A stretch of DNA of 63,369 nucleotides, the filler included, from Dicyema japonicum (lineage: Eukaryota; Animalia; Dicyemida): NCBI GenBank assembly GCA_011109175.1. It is 8 parts of 8 records of this genome, joined end to end, with 100 filler letters (N's around TTAATTAATTAA, not from the genome) between each part and the next. Parts side by side here need not be neighbours in the genome. Positions count along the whole stretch, not along the records: positions 23,559 to 36,846 come from RDEW01000116.1; positions 36,947 to 39,043 come from RDEW01000375.1; 6 more parts are not named here. One strand, 5' to 3'. The position numbers and the translations under genes are program-made. The notes under the pieces are model-generated. The model did not search any database and was not told the DNA's origin. It saw only the letters and a program-made list of their open reading frames with translations. Positions 27,269 to 39,143 of the stretch are shown in pieces (within the stretch, counting starts at the first letter, position 1; every line of letters begins with the position of its first letter).

Positions 27269-29484
27269 TTCTCTCAGACAAACCACAACGTGGGCAAATA
27301 ACCAATCGAATAAGCTGCCAGCGTCAACGAACTATAAAATATCGCATCGATTTACGGTGTCTACGTTGGTCGGGCACACGTCACCTCCCCTCCACACCTC
27401 CCCCCGAACTGGGAGAACAAGTCCTAACCCTGATAAACGTCCTTCAGATTTCATTAGAGGATATATTTTCATTAATTATAATGACATTCCCTGTCTGACC
27501 TATTTTAATAGTTCATCTTAATTGGCCATAAAGTCTCGACTGAGCAAACCATGCTGGTCCATTAGAATAGTCGAAATTCTAATGAGTGTCCAATCGATAA
27601 TTAATTATTCAGAACTATATTGAGCGATAATGTCCATAAACAATTATTTGTCTGAGTAAGCCATTTCATTGACATTTTCAATGGAACTTCACTTGACAGA
27701 AAATACGATTAATTTTATGGTTTTCATTGTACATATTCCACTCCAAATATATGCTTAAGGATTCTTAACGAATGTGGGGAACCTCAGCATTGTAGTGAAA
27801 GCATAATCTTCTTTCAAGGTAAAGTACTCACCGCAGGACACGTCAATGGCAAATTTAATCGTTGCCTGAAACATATCAATGCAGTGACCACACGAATGTC
27901 CTCAATCACCCCAAACCAATGGCGAACACAAAACTATTTTTCTGAGGTACCAAATGTGGTCCTTTTAGATATCTACGAATAGATTGGTTATCATTAAATC
28001 AATTTACTTTAAACCAAAGTCATGATCCGTAAAGACCGGCTAGACCACATTTGAATCTCACTTAATTTTCAATTACATTATCCACATCACTTATGAGTAT
28101 ATCTAATGAATGATTTAATATTCGACATAATTAAGGGGTGCATATTACTTGCATGAATATATGTAGTAATAAGATGTCTTGAATGTCGTAAATTAAATGA
28201 ATTCTTTGATATAATTCGTCATCACTGTTTCAAATAAACTTGCCGGAAATATTTCACATAATTTGAATATTAAAAATAAATTTTGTGAATCTCGAACTTT
28301 TGATTCCAATACTAATGAAGGATTAGTCAGATTATAAACAAAGCAGCTTAAATTGGAGAAAATTAAATAAAATTATGTAAAATTAAAACTGCATATTTCA
28401 TGACTTGTCTGAACACGAGTATTCATTTCTTGAAACATCAAATAAGTAAACGTGTATAACAAACATATTTAAGATCCCAAATTCTATCAACACCTTGTTA
28501 GAGACGTCTCTCAGTTGAGTTTTTCCATCTCATGATTGAAGGGATCAATATTCTTAAAAAGGGCAATTGGCAGTAGTCATCTGAGTATCAGTGAAAGGGA
28601 CGTGTTGCTTTGGAAATCCAAAATAAATCAAATTGCTATAAACATCCGTTAACCTAAAGAAACACTCTTGTCACATCTGATCTTGTATTATATTTCATAT
28701 TGATCATTCATTCTAACATGAGGAAAGCAATTTGGCACTTTCTAAATCTTATTCCATATTCTAATTTATGACATCAACTGAGACAATTATTTTCCAAACT
28801 CTCTGCCATTCAATACTGCCATTAGTGATTAAAAAAGATATTCAAAATACAAATATTCTATTAGGATTAAGTTGTTTGACTTTGGCTTGTGCGTCCATTT
28901 GTCCTATAATGTGGCTTGTTGCTTTTTTCAAATCGAGGAAAACTACGTGCTGTGGGAATCCGGATATATGACACCGGAATTAGTGCATGGCCAGTCCTAT
29001 AATCACGTAGTTGATATTTGAAATTTCGAAGTACTTTTTGGTAACTTATTTGTGGGTTCGCTCTGTACAGTCCCAATTGTTACAGAGAAACATTCCGAAT
29101 TACTGCATGGAAACCTGCGTCTCTTCCTTTATGGATGACCTATCATTCTTGGAGAACCTGAAACAACTCCAGTCTATGTTATTATATCGGGATTATCTTT
29201 CACTTTGAATCTCGCATGATTACTACGACATATAGCACATTTCAACTAAGTTATGAATTTTTGACATGATTCCCTCTCTATTAAAAATAAGATCATTCTT
29301 TACCTTATTGTAAAAAATGAATTCAAAGATGAAATGACAATTGTATTACTGGTTATACGACTTTGACAAATTTGAATAATACGGAATTATCCTGAATTTT
29401 ATGATAAAAAGTCATTTTTGATAAGTCTTGGGTTGTAATTATTATTATTCAACCAAAACCACCGTCTAAAAACCTCAAAATAAC

Positions 29485-31553
29485 TAATCAGGTGATCCCA
29501 GCTTCTCTAAGGAGGGCCCTCATTTTTCCCTGATGTTCTTCCCTTGTTCCCGCACATTTTCTGTAGGGGCGCGGCGGGTGTGTCATTGGGTATGTCGTCC
29601 CCCCGTTTCTTCGCAGGATCTCCTCAAAAGTGGCAACATTTAATTGTTCGTTTGGTTCTTCTAGAGTTTTGCGGATTCTTGATTGAATTTTCGAAATTTT
29701 TTCCCNCTTCCCTTGTTCCCGCACATTTTCTGTAGGGGCGCGGCGGGTGTGTCATTGGGTATGTCGTCCCCCCGTTTCTTCGCAAGATCTCTTCAAAAGT
29801 GGCAACATTTAATTGTTCGTTTGGTTCTTCTAGAGTTTTGCAGATTCTTGATTGAATTTTCGAAATTTTTTCCCGATTGGTGTAGCTGATCGTATTTCCC
29901 CACGCTGCGCAGGCGTAACTAATTGTGGGTTCCATGTACTGCTTATAGACGGTTTGGCGAGTGGCGAGGCTCGTCCACTGCCTGCATTTTCGAAGAAAGA
30001 CTCTGAGTATGTTGAGTTTCTTCGTACATCTCGTGATCACATCATTCACTTGCTGCGAGAAAGACATATGGGTGTCGTATGTTACTCCCAAAATATTTTG
30101 CGATTTTTGGAATGGTATCTCCACATCGTTTAAACACAGCTTTACTCCCTCATTCCCGAGTCTCTTTGCTGAGGTAAGGAGGGTAGTAATCGACTTTCCT
30201 GGACTTGTTGATAGTCGGTTTACTAGTAACCACCCTTCAAGACCGTAGAGGTAATTTTGCAGCTTTACCGCTGCTGTTGCGACCTCTCGGTTGCGAGAGG
30301 CAACCACAATATCGTCCGCATATGATAAAACAATTACATCTTCAGCTTTTGGCATCGGGAGATCCGATAAGTATAAGTTGAAAAGAGCTGGTGATAAAGG
30401 CGAGCCTTGAGGTACTCCATTTGGAAAATATTTCGAGCTTGACCTTGTACTTTTGGTATAGATTCTTCCTCTTCGCCCAGTGAGGAAGTTAGCTATCCAC
30501 TTCTTTAGGATGGGGGGGATATTGCTGAGAAATAATTTCCTAGTCAGTATTTTCCTAGACACAGAGTCGAAAGCCTTGTGAATGTCCACCGAGCACATAA
30601 CCGTCTTTTCGCTGCAGGGTTTGATCGTTAGTCCTTTCGAGATAAAGTTAGTCAGCGTGGCAAGATGCGAGGCCGTCGATTTCCCACTTTTGAATCCATG
30701 TTGGAAGTTCAGATCAGGAAGGAAATGTTTGGCTCGGTTGAGTACCAGTTTTTCCAGAGCTTTAGATAACACGCAGAGGAGGGAGATTGGTCTGTATGAC
30801 GCTGGGTCGTATTTAGGCTTTCCCGGTTTCAGAATAGGGCAGATGTGGGCCATTTTCCAAATGGTAGGTATTGAGTTGTTGTTTATTGAGAAGTTATAGA
30901 TTTGAGCCAGGGCTGCTATTGCTACTTGCCCAAGGTTTTTCAGCAGAATTGTAGGAATTCCGTCAGGTCCACAAGAGCCCGTCCTTCTTAGATTTTTGAT
31001 AGCCAGAGACACTTCTTCGTGAGTAAAGATTATTATATCGCGGGTTCTCCGAGGTTTAAGAGACTTCAAACATGGCCCATCATATTTCCTGTGCGGAATA
31101 TGGCTGATCCCAGCGTAAAATTTTATTAATTTGTTGGCAATCGGAATCGCATTATCCTCCCTCGCTTTGAATTTCTCCGGGTTCGTGTATCTTCTTAGGG
31201 ATTCCCATAATTTTGTTGGTGGAGCCTTGGCATTTAGCTTCCTAGTGAAAGTTTCAGCCCTTCCANAAAGTGCAGTTTTAATGATATTTATTTGAAATTC
31301 ATGAAAATAATTAATAGAAAATGGGTTAAAAAGAATACACGATTTCATTATGAAAGTTATAAAAGCTATCAAAAATAGTAATCATTATAAAACATGTCAA
31401 ATTAAAAAAAAAGATAGACGTTCCATGACTTATTTGCCCCACTGTAGCTCCCTAGTGAAAGTTTCAGCCCTTCCGGTCTGTTTCTCAATTGCCGATTGAC
31501 TTATGACTTTATTTAGTTCTCTTATCCGATCCCGGTTGTCTCTTGTGAGATGC
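29485..31553 (-). mobile_element. APE-type LINE (Jockey/I-like) reverse transcriptase, largely intact
   Basis: 582-codon ORF with GPDGIP, YRPISLL, QHGF, VDIHKAFDSV, GVPQGSPLSP, SYADD, ILGVTYD; the first ~35 residues of the listed ORF and the duplicated ends flank single-N joins. Confidence 0.92.
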
Positions 31554-32119
31554 NNNNNNNNNNNNNNNNNNNNNNNNNNNNNNNNNNNNNNNNNNNNNNN
31601 NNNNNNNNNNNNNNNNNNNNNNNNNNNNNNNNNNNNNNNNNNNNNNNNNNNNNNNNNNNNNNNNNNNNNNNNNNNNNNNNNNNNNNNNNNNNNNNNNNNN
31701 NNNNNNNNNNNNNNNNNNNNNNNNNNNNNNNNNNNNNNNNNNNNNNNNNNNNNNNNNNNNNNNNNNNNNNNNNNNNNNNNNNNNNNNNNNNNNNNNNNNN
31801 NNNNNNNNNNNNNNNNNNNNNNNNNNNNNNNNNNNNNNNNNNNNNNNNNNNNNNNNNNNNNNNNNNNNNNNNNNNNNNNNNNNNNNNNNNNNNNNNNNNN
31901 NNNNNNNNNNNNNNNNNNNNNNNNNNNNNNNNNNNNNNNNNNNNNNNNNNNNNNNNNNNNNNNNNNNNNNNNNNNNNNNNNNNNNNNNNNNNNNNNNNNN
32001 NNNNNNNNNNNNNNNNNNNNNNNNNNNNNNNNNNNNNNNNNNNNNNNNNNNNNNNNNNNNNNNNNNNNNNNNNNNNNNNNNNNNNNNNNNNNNNNNNNNN
32101 NNNNNNNNNNNNNNNNNNC

Positions 32120-35100
32120 ACTAGAACAGTGACGAAATCCACAGATACGTAGTAAATTGTACATCCCCTCTTCTATCTCACCACTCTCCAACCGCACATC
32201 TCGCACTACTGAGCCAGACATTGCTTCCAAAATTTGATCTATCACTTCTGCGCGGCCTATCCAGAAAATTGAATACAAAAACAACCACCGTGAGAATATA
32301 TTTCTAAAATCCACTCAAAAATACTATTTTCCCGCCAGGACAACTTTAATTCAGAAGAAGACTGAATCAAGTCCAAATTTACAAGTCGACTCACAATTTG
32401 ACGACGGGTTCTATCTTTACGTATCAAACGGGACATTATATCTTCCACCAGGGTTTCTGCAACTCAATAAACAAACCAAACGTGATACTCCTCTCAGCTC
32501 GGTAAACAAACGACAAAGTTCGTAGTCTTCTTCCTCATTCCATTTTTTTCCTTTTCGTGTCCCAGCCAGTTCATAAGTGTTATTTCCATAAGTCAAATTA
32601 TACGAATTCCGATGATTCTTCCAAAACAGCAGCTCCACGGCAGCCAAAGCTCCCATTTCAGAAAACCGTTCAGTAAAGATTTTGAAGAGCCCACCCAAAA
32701 AATCAATAATATCATGTATAATAAGGTAAAAAGTTAAACGGTAAATTGTTCCCCTTGTTTTTTTCTGAAACATTCAAAAACTTTTTGAAGAATTCTAAAG
32801 ACTCTCAATTGAAATAGTAATCCCGGGATATCATATTGTGTTACCACTTGCCTCAACAAATTAACAACTGCCCGATTGGTATCTTGACTGTTATGCATAA
32901 ATGTCTCCAGCACAGTAACGCATACGGTGAGTACACTTTGACATGACAGTCTAAATTAGATAACCAAATACTTGTTAATTAAGTCACGAGCTGTCATTTC
33001 CTTTTCAATATACTCTACTTGAGAAGACGACGATTGGTCGCTTTCGTTATGGGAATCAATTTGTTCTATTTCGTGAGAACATGATGATTGGAGAGACTCG
33101 ATAATAGAGTTCCCTTTGAAAACATTCTCCATCGGCCACATCTCTCTAAGGCATTTCAAAAAATCAACTACTGGCAATGATGGAGAAACTTGACTCCGTT
33201 TTCTAAATTTCCATCCAAAAGGAATTGTTTTATAGTATTACATGCTCTCGAACTGTAAAGATTAGTAAATATATTAAAAAGGGCTAAATAATGTAATAAA
33301 ACTATGAACTTATTGTAAACACGCCGGGAATGATAAAATAAAATAGGTGTAATTGACCAAAACTGAGAAATAAATACATTTGATCTTCTTCAGAAAGGTC
33401 AGATGTAGGGTCGAATGCAGAAGGCCCATCATATGGAACTTGCTCCATCATTAAAACAACTGACTCCAGATTTTTCCAGTCGATGGAATTTGTTCTCTTT
33501 GGTTTATTCTTGCGTTTTATTCTCCGTTTAGTTTTTTGAGCGAAGAAATGAACTTTGGGTTGTAAGTAAACCGTNTTGATCTTCTTCAGAAAAGTCAGAT
33601 GTAGGGTCGAATGCAGAAGGCCCATCATATGGAACTTGCTCCATCATTAAAACAACTGACTCCAGATTTTTCCAGTCGATGGAATTTGTTCTCTTTGGTT
33701 TATTCTTACGTTTTATTCTCCGTTTAGTTTTTTGAGCGAAGAAATGAACTTTGGGTTGTAAGTAAACCGTGAACAAAGAAATATAAAGGTGGACGGTCTC
33801 AACCAGGTCACATATAAACAGGCGTGACATTCCCGACCGACTGTACCGCTTAAACACGGATATCAATACATCGAATGTGTCAGAATTATAAAATAAATTC
33901 TCTAAACATGCAAATAGCATATAACCCTGAAGGATGTTCATGCTATCTAGCAGTGATGTATCATTAGAAAAATGTTGGATAATCATAAACAACTCCTTGT
34001 ATAAACGAATGGCCAAATTAAGTCTAAACGGTCACTCACTCGTGGTCTAACCGATTGGATGACAGGCTAACAGTGAGTTTATCACGCAGACCAGTATTCC
34101 TGAAGTTTTACTCATCCAACTAACCTGGTTGCTTGGAGAGTTGCGGTTTGACCCATCTCATTCATATATTTTTCAATACTACCTCTGGTAAGCCTGAATG
34201 AGTGAACTGTCAGTAAATCACTAACGAGTGAGTGCTGACAGGTCATACCTGACATAACCAACTGTCGAATTGGTTAGACGGGCAAAAGAAATGAAAAACG
34301 AAATGAACCAGATCCAGTATGTCTCTCTTTCATGACTCATAATTTCCCATTGAGACTATATTGATATGCAATCGACTTACTTTAACCATCCTCACAATTG
34401 GCGAGAAAGAATGAGTAAGGAAAGTGATGCAAAATTCTCGGAGTTGATTGTTACCCAAAATGGGTGGATTTGTAATGGAACAAATTTGTTTGGTTTTATT
34501 GAATGACAGTTGTTGCGTCCCACGTGATATAATATTCGGGGGACCGCCTGAAGGAGGTACAGGAACGACAAATACTCCCCCAAAGCATGGATGTCTATTA
34601 AATTATAATATAGCTGGCACACACCTCTTCGACGACCATTTTCCGAAAAGTGATTGTCTTTCCTTTGCTCTATCCTCCAATAAAGACGTCCTGTGATTAT
34701 ACAATTGGTTCCTCTGTGAAGGCAGTTCGGATGATAACAACAGAGGTGTCTTCAAATAGGCAAATTACGTAACCTGTTGTTTGAGAAGTAGGGAAACTAT
34801 TTCGATGATGTAGTGAGGAAATGATTCAAATTTTCTATCTTTTTTCCAATCAAACTGTCCCAGACATACAACTAGTTGTAAGAGCCCGCTTTCGGACATA
34901 ACACTTGAATAAGCCAATTACCGATTACCAAATCAGCTTGGAATGGTCCTCTTCAAACGAGTTCTGTCAATAAATAAGTGATTAATACATTTTGTTGACC
35001 AATTGACTCATTTCCTATTAAAAGAGCATTTCTGATAAGAAAGAGCCAGCGTTCTATATTCTTTCTGTCATTTTGAGTACGATCAAGCCAATTCGTGTCA

Positions 35101-35598
35101 ATCAAGGCCCCTAAAAACTGACCCGTAACACACCAAAGCTCAGCGTCAGTCAAACTCTATGCGAGTAAACCATAAGTTATAATATACTCGTTTATAGCCT
35201 TGAAGATACCACATCACCTCCAAATAATGTTGTCTCTCAATTCGATCCCTCGGAACTAGACCCTCGAAGCAATCGTGTGCCGGCTGAGTCAAATTTAGAA
35301 TAAGCCTTAATTTTTAGTTATGATTATTGCCTTAGAACGGTCTCAGTTAACACAGAATCGTCATTATACGTCTTTAAAATTGGAATTAAGTCGTTTGAAA
35401 GAACATTAGCCTTCCCTAGAAATTGACGAATATTGCAATCTCTCCCATCTTGATGCACAGCTTTTATTAGTTCTCGAACATTCTCTAATATTTTTTATTT
35501 TAATTTGTACCAAGGCAATACGGTTCTTTTATATACTTATTATTTTTAATACATCCCAAAGAACTAATTATCGCTTCTATCTGAGATTCGTTGTCCAT
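32120..35598 (-). CDS. TIMELESS: TIMELESS (Tim2/Tof1-type fork-protection protein), about 17 introns; 3' end lost in the gap
   Basis: ATG 35598 MDNESQIEAIISSLG..KEPYCL|ENVRELIK, LNLTQPA, IERWLFLIRNAL, RHPCFGG, LREFC, ETYWIWFISFF, LAIRLYKEL, DLVETVHLY, FDPTSDLSEEDQ, EMWP, LLFQLRVF, VELLFWKN, RTRRQIV, all collinear with my recollection of human TIMELESS. Confidence 0.93.
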
Positions 35599-35804
35599 TA
35601 TGTATTTGTCACACAAAACAGTTATACAGTATGCGCTAGTTTATTTAAATATTTATAAACTTATTAGGAATTTATTCTCTATGGACTCTACCTGGAATGA
35701 ACAAAGAATTCCAAATTCAAAAGACGAAACATTTTAATTCTGTTAGAGTGGTTTGCTTGGTCAAAAATCTCTTTACGCTTTGAGTTTTAATTCTGCTAGA
35801 GGCA

Positions 35805-36436
35805 ACCCCTATACTCGTATCTGGACAGTAGACCATCTCTAGAACTTCATGAATTTACTAAATGTCCATCTTGGGTTTTATTCGATTATCTGGTCTCCGA
35901 ATGTACCTCAAGTCAGNTGAGTTTATAAGAAAACGCAAAACAAAAAAATCACAAAAAGACTCATCTTGGCCATTTCTAAGGCAACCCCTATACTCGTATC
36001 TGGACAGTAGACCATCTTTAGAACTTCATGAATTTACTAAATGTCCATCTTGGGTTTTATTCGATTATCTGGTCTCCGAATGTACCTCAAGTCAAAAAAG
36101 TTTGGAAGACGCCGTCATAGTCTTCATTTGGATGATTTTCGCATCCGAACTAATCGGCTTGAGTTTGCATTGCATTCTGCTTCTTCTGAGCCGCACTCCG
36201 GCGATTGGTTGGATGCCCTCCAGATATTTACAACTGAGTTACAACTGACTTTCCTTTTCAAAAAGGTAAGCTCGGCATATTACATACTTAACGACATGTC
36301 GGAATGCCTGAGTCAAAAAGGAGTCGAAATATTTCTGTCAAAAACAAAAAGTCCGCATATTTTTCAGAGGATCTCTGTTGCAATCCTTAGAAGAAACTGT
36401 TTCGCCATCCTTGGAACTGACGACTCTCATAATTGA
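35805..36436 (+). mobile_element. Internally deleted CRE-like retrotransposon 3' end
   Basis: SGDWLDAL fused to IFQRISVAILRRNCFAILGT (CRE C-terminal motif); 179-bp duplication around a single N. Confidence 0.7.
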
Positions 36437-36946
36437 TTCTGAAAATACGAGACTCACGATATTCAAAAAATAGTTTTATTCTCATTAATCATTTATGTTA
36501 TAATGAATCAATTCATAATTAACAATCTACGTTTCTGTTATATCTGACCATCGTTATAACAACTCCAAATTATTGGACAGAAACAACTCATTGTCAATCC
36601 GAACTCAATTCGTAATAAAAACAGATATTTTGTTATAAAAACAAATAAAATCACTGCTTGTAGGAGGGCAAACAGAAATACAAATTAAAATCATTATGAA
36701 CGACCAAGAATTGAATAACTTGATCATCCAACAAACCTTAAGCCCCAATGAAAAATACCACTTACTGGCCACCACTCTATTGGGATTTGTTTGATGGAAC
36801 GCCAAAAATTTAAGTAGTCGTGCAATCTCGATACAAACTACCCCTCNNNNNNNNNNNNNNNNNNNNNNNNNNNNNNNNNNNNNNNNNNNNTTAATTAATT
36901 AANNNNNNNNNNNNNNNNNNNNNNNNNNNNNNNNNNNNNNNNNNNN

Positions 36947-39043
36947 CTCATAAACTTATAAACTTACACGATCAAAGATTCTTACCAAACCCATATCTGC
37001 ACCACCTTTAGTAGGGAATTGTAACTTATAATAGAAGTTAGTATTACACTAACCCAATAGTATCCAACGTGACATTCAGATAGAAAAACTATATACACCT
37101 TAAGGTATTCCATAATAAAAGTTATTACTAATAATAAAGTTTATTATATCTTATAGATATACGTATCTGACAATACTTTTACAGAACTCTCACTTCCCTT
37201 AGAGTGCTACCAGACAGATTCTCCCGTTCTTGCTTTAAAGTTAGACTACTAGGAAGTTATAATCCTTCTCTATTGATAAGCTCTTAAGAACAACTATCCT
37301 AGAGACTCGGATGGATATACACTAGAAAATAGATGGTATAAACCCATCATACTAACATAGAGAAGTATATCACACTCTTAATGGGAATCCAACCACAAAT
37401 TAGTATACGTACAATCATAACATAGATACAGTTAGTTAACTCTATACACCTCCGACTACCCCTGAGCACCAGGATCCTATCCACATATAAGACCACAGAA
37501 CGCTTCTAACTTCTACACCACTAGTTATGTAGGATCGCACCAAACTAAGTTAGATAAACTTTCCTCGTTTATATAAGACTAGATCTCCCATTAAACAGTA
37601 TCTCATAAACTTATAAACTTACACGATCAAAGATTCTTACCAAACCCACATCTGCACCACCTTTAGTAGGGAATTGTAACTTATAATAGAAGTTAGTATT
37701 ACACTAACCCAATAGTATCCAACGTGACATTCAGATAGAAAAACTATATACACCTTAAGGTATTCCATAATAAAAGTTATTGCTAATAATAAAGTTTATT
37801 ATATCTTATAGATATACGTATCTAACAATACTTTTACAGAACTCTCACTTCCCTTAAAGTGCTACCAGACAGATTCTCCCGTTCTTGCTTTAAAGTTAGA
37901 CTACTAGGAAGTTATAATGCTTCTATTGATAAGCTCTTAAGAACAACTATCCTAGAGACTCGGATGGATATACACTAGAAAATAGATGGTATAAACCTAT
38001 CATACTAACATAGAGAAGTATATCACACTCTTAATGGTAATCCAACCACAAATTAGTATACGTACAATCATAACATAGATACAGTTAGTTAACTCTATAC
38101 ACCTCCGACTACCCCTGAGCACCAGGATCCTATCCACATATAAGACCACAGAACGCTTCTAACTTCTACACCACTAGTTATGTAGGATCGCACCAAACTA
38201 AGTTAGATAAACTTCCCTCGTTTATATAAGACTAGATCTCCCATTAAACAGTATCTCATAAACTTATAAACTTACACGATCAAAGATTCTTACCAAACCC
38301 ATATCTGCACCACCTTTAGTAGGAAATTGTAACTTATAATAGAAGTTAGTATTACACTAACCCAATAGTATCCAACGTGACATTCAGATAGAAAACTATA
38401 TACACCTTAAGGTATTCCATAATAAAAGTTATTACTAATAATAAAGTTTATTATATCTTATAGATATACGTATCTGACAATACTTTTACAGAACTCTCAC
38501 TTCCCTTAGAGTGCTACCAGACAGATTCTCCTGTTCTTGCTTTAAAGTTAGACTACTAGGAAGTTATAATGCTTCTATTGATAAGCTCTTAAGAACAACT
38601 ATCCTAGAGACTCGGATGGATATACACTAGAAAATAGATGGTATAAACCTATCATACTAACATAGAGAAGTATGTCACACTCTTAATGGTAATCCAACCA
38701 CAAATTAGTATACGTACAATCATAACATAGATACAGTTAGTTAACTCTATACACCTCCGACTACCCCTGAGCACCAGGATCCTATCCACATATAAGACCA
38801 CAGAACGCTTCTAACTTCTACACCACTAGTTATGTAGGATCGCACCAAACTAAGTTAGATAAACTTCCCTCGTTTATATAAGACTAGATCTCCCATTAAA
38901 CAGTATCTCATAAACTTATAAACTTACACGATCAAAGATTCTTACCAAACCCACATCTGCACCACCTTTAGTAGGGAATTGTAACTTATAATAGAAGTTA
39001 GTATTACACTAACCCAATAGTATCCAACGTGACATTCAGATAG
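36947..39043. repeat. ~653-bp tandem repeat, 3.2 near-identical copies filling a whole scaffold
   Basis: CTCATAAACTTATAAAC anchor at 36947, 37602, 38255, 38907; no ORF in the track. Confidence 0.95.
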
Positions 39044-39143
39044 NNNNNNNNNNNNNNNNNNNNNNNNNNNNNNNNNNNNNNNNNNNNTTAATTAATTAAN
39101 NNNNNNNNNNNNNNNNNNNNNNNNNNNNNNNNNNNNNNNNNNN

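Noticed and set aside
36700-36846. Minus-strand frame IARLLKFLAFHQTNPNRVVASKWYFSLG faintly like a diacylglycerol-kinase accessory segment
   Set aside because: Too short and weak, at a scaffold edge
36947-39043. 653-bp unit as a protein gene in a variant genetic code or a mitochondrial gene
   Set aside because: The best minus-strand frame has about 14 TAA/TAG per 218 codons, near what composition predicts; no mitochondrial protein or rRNA motif recognised
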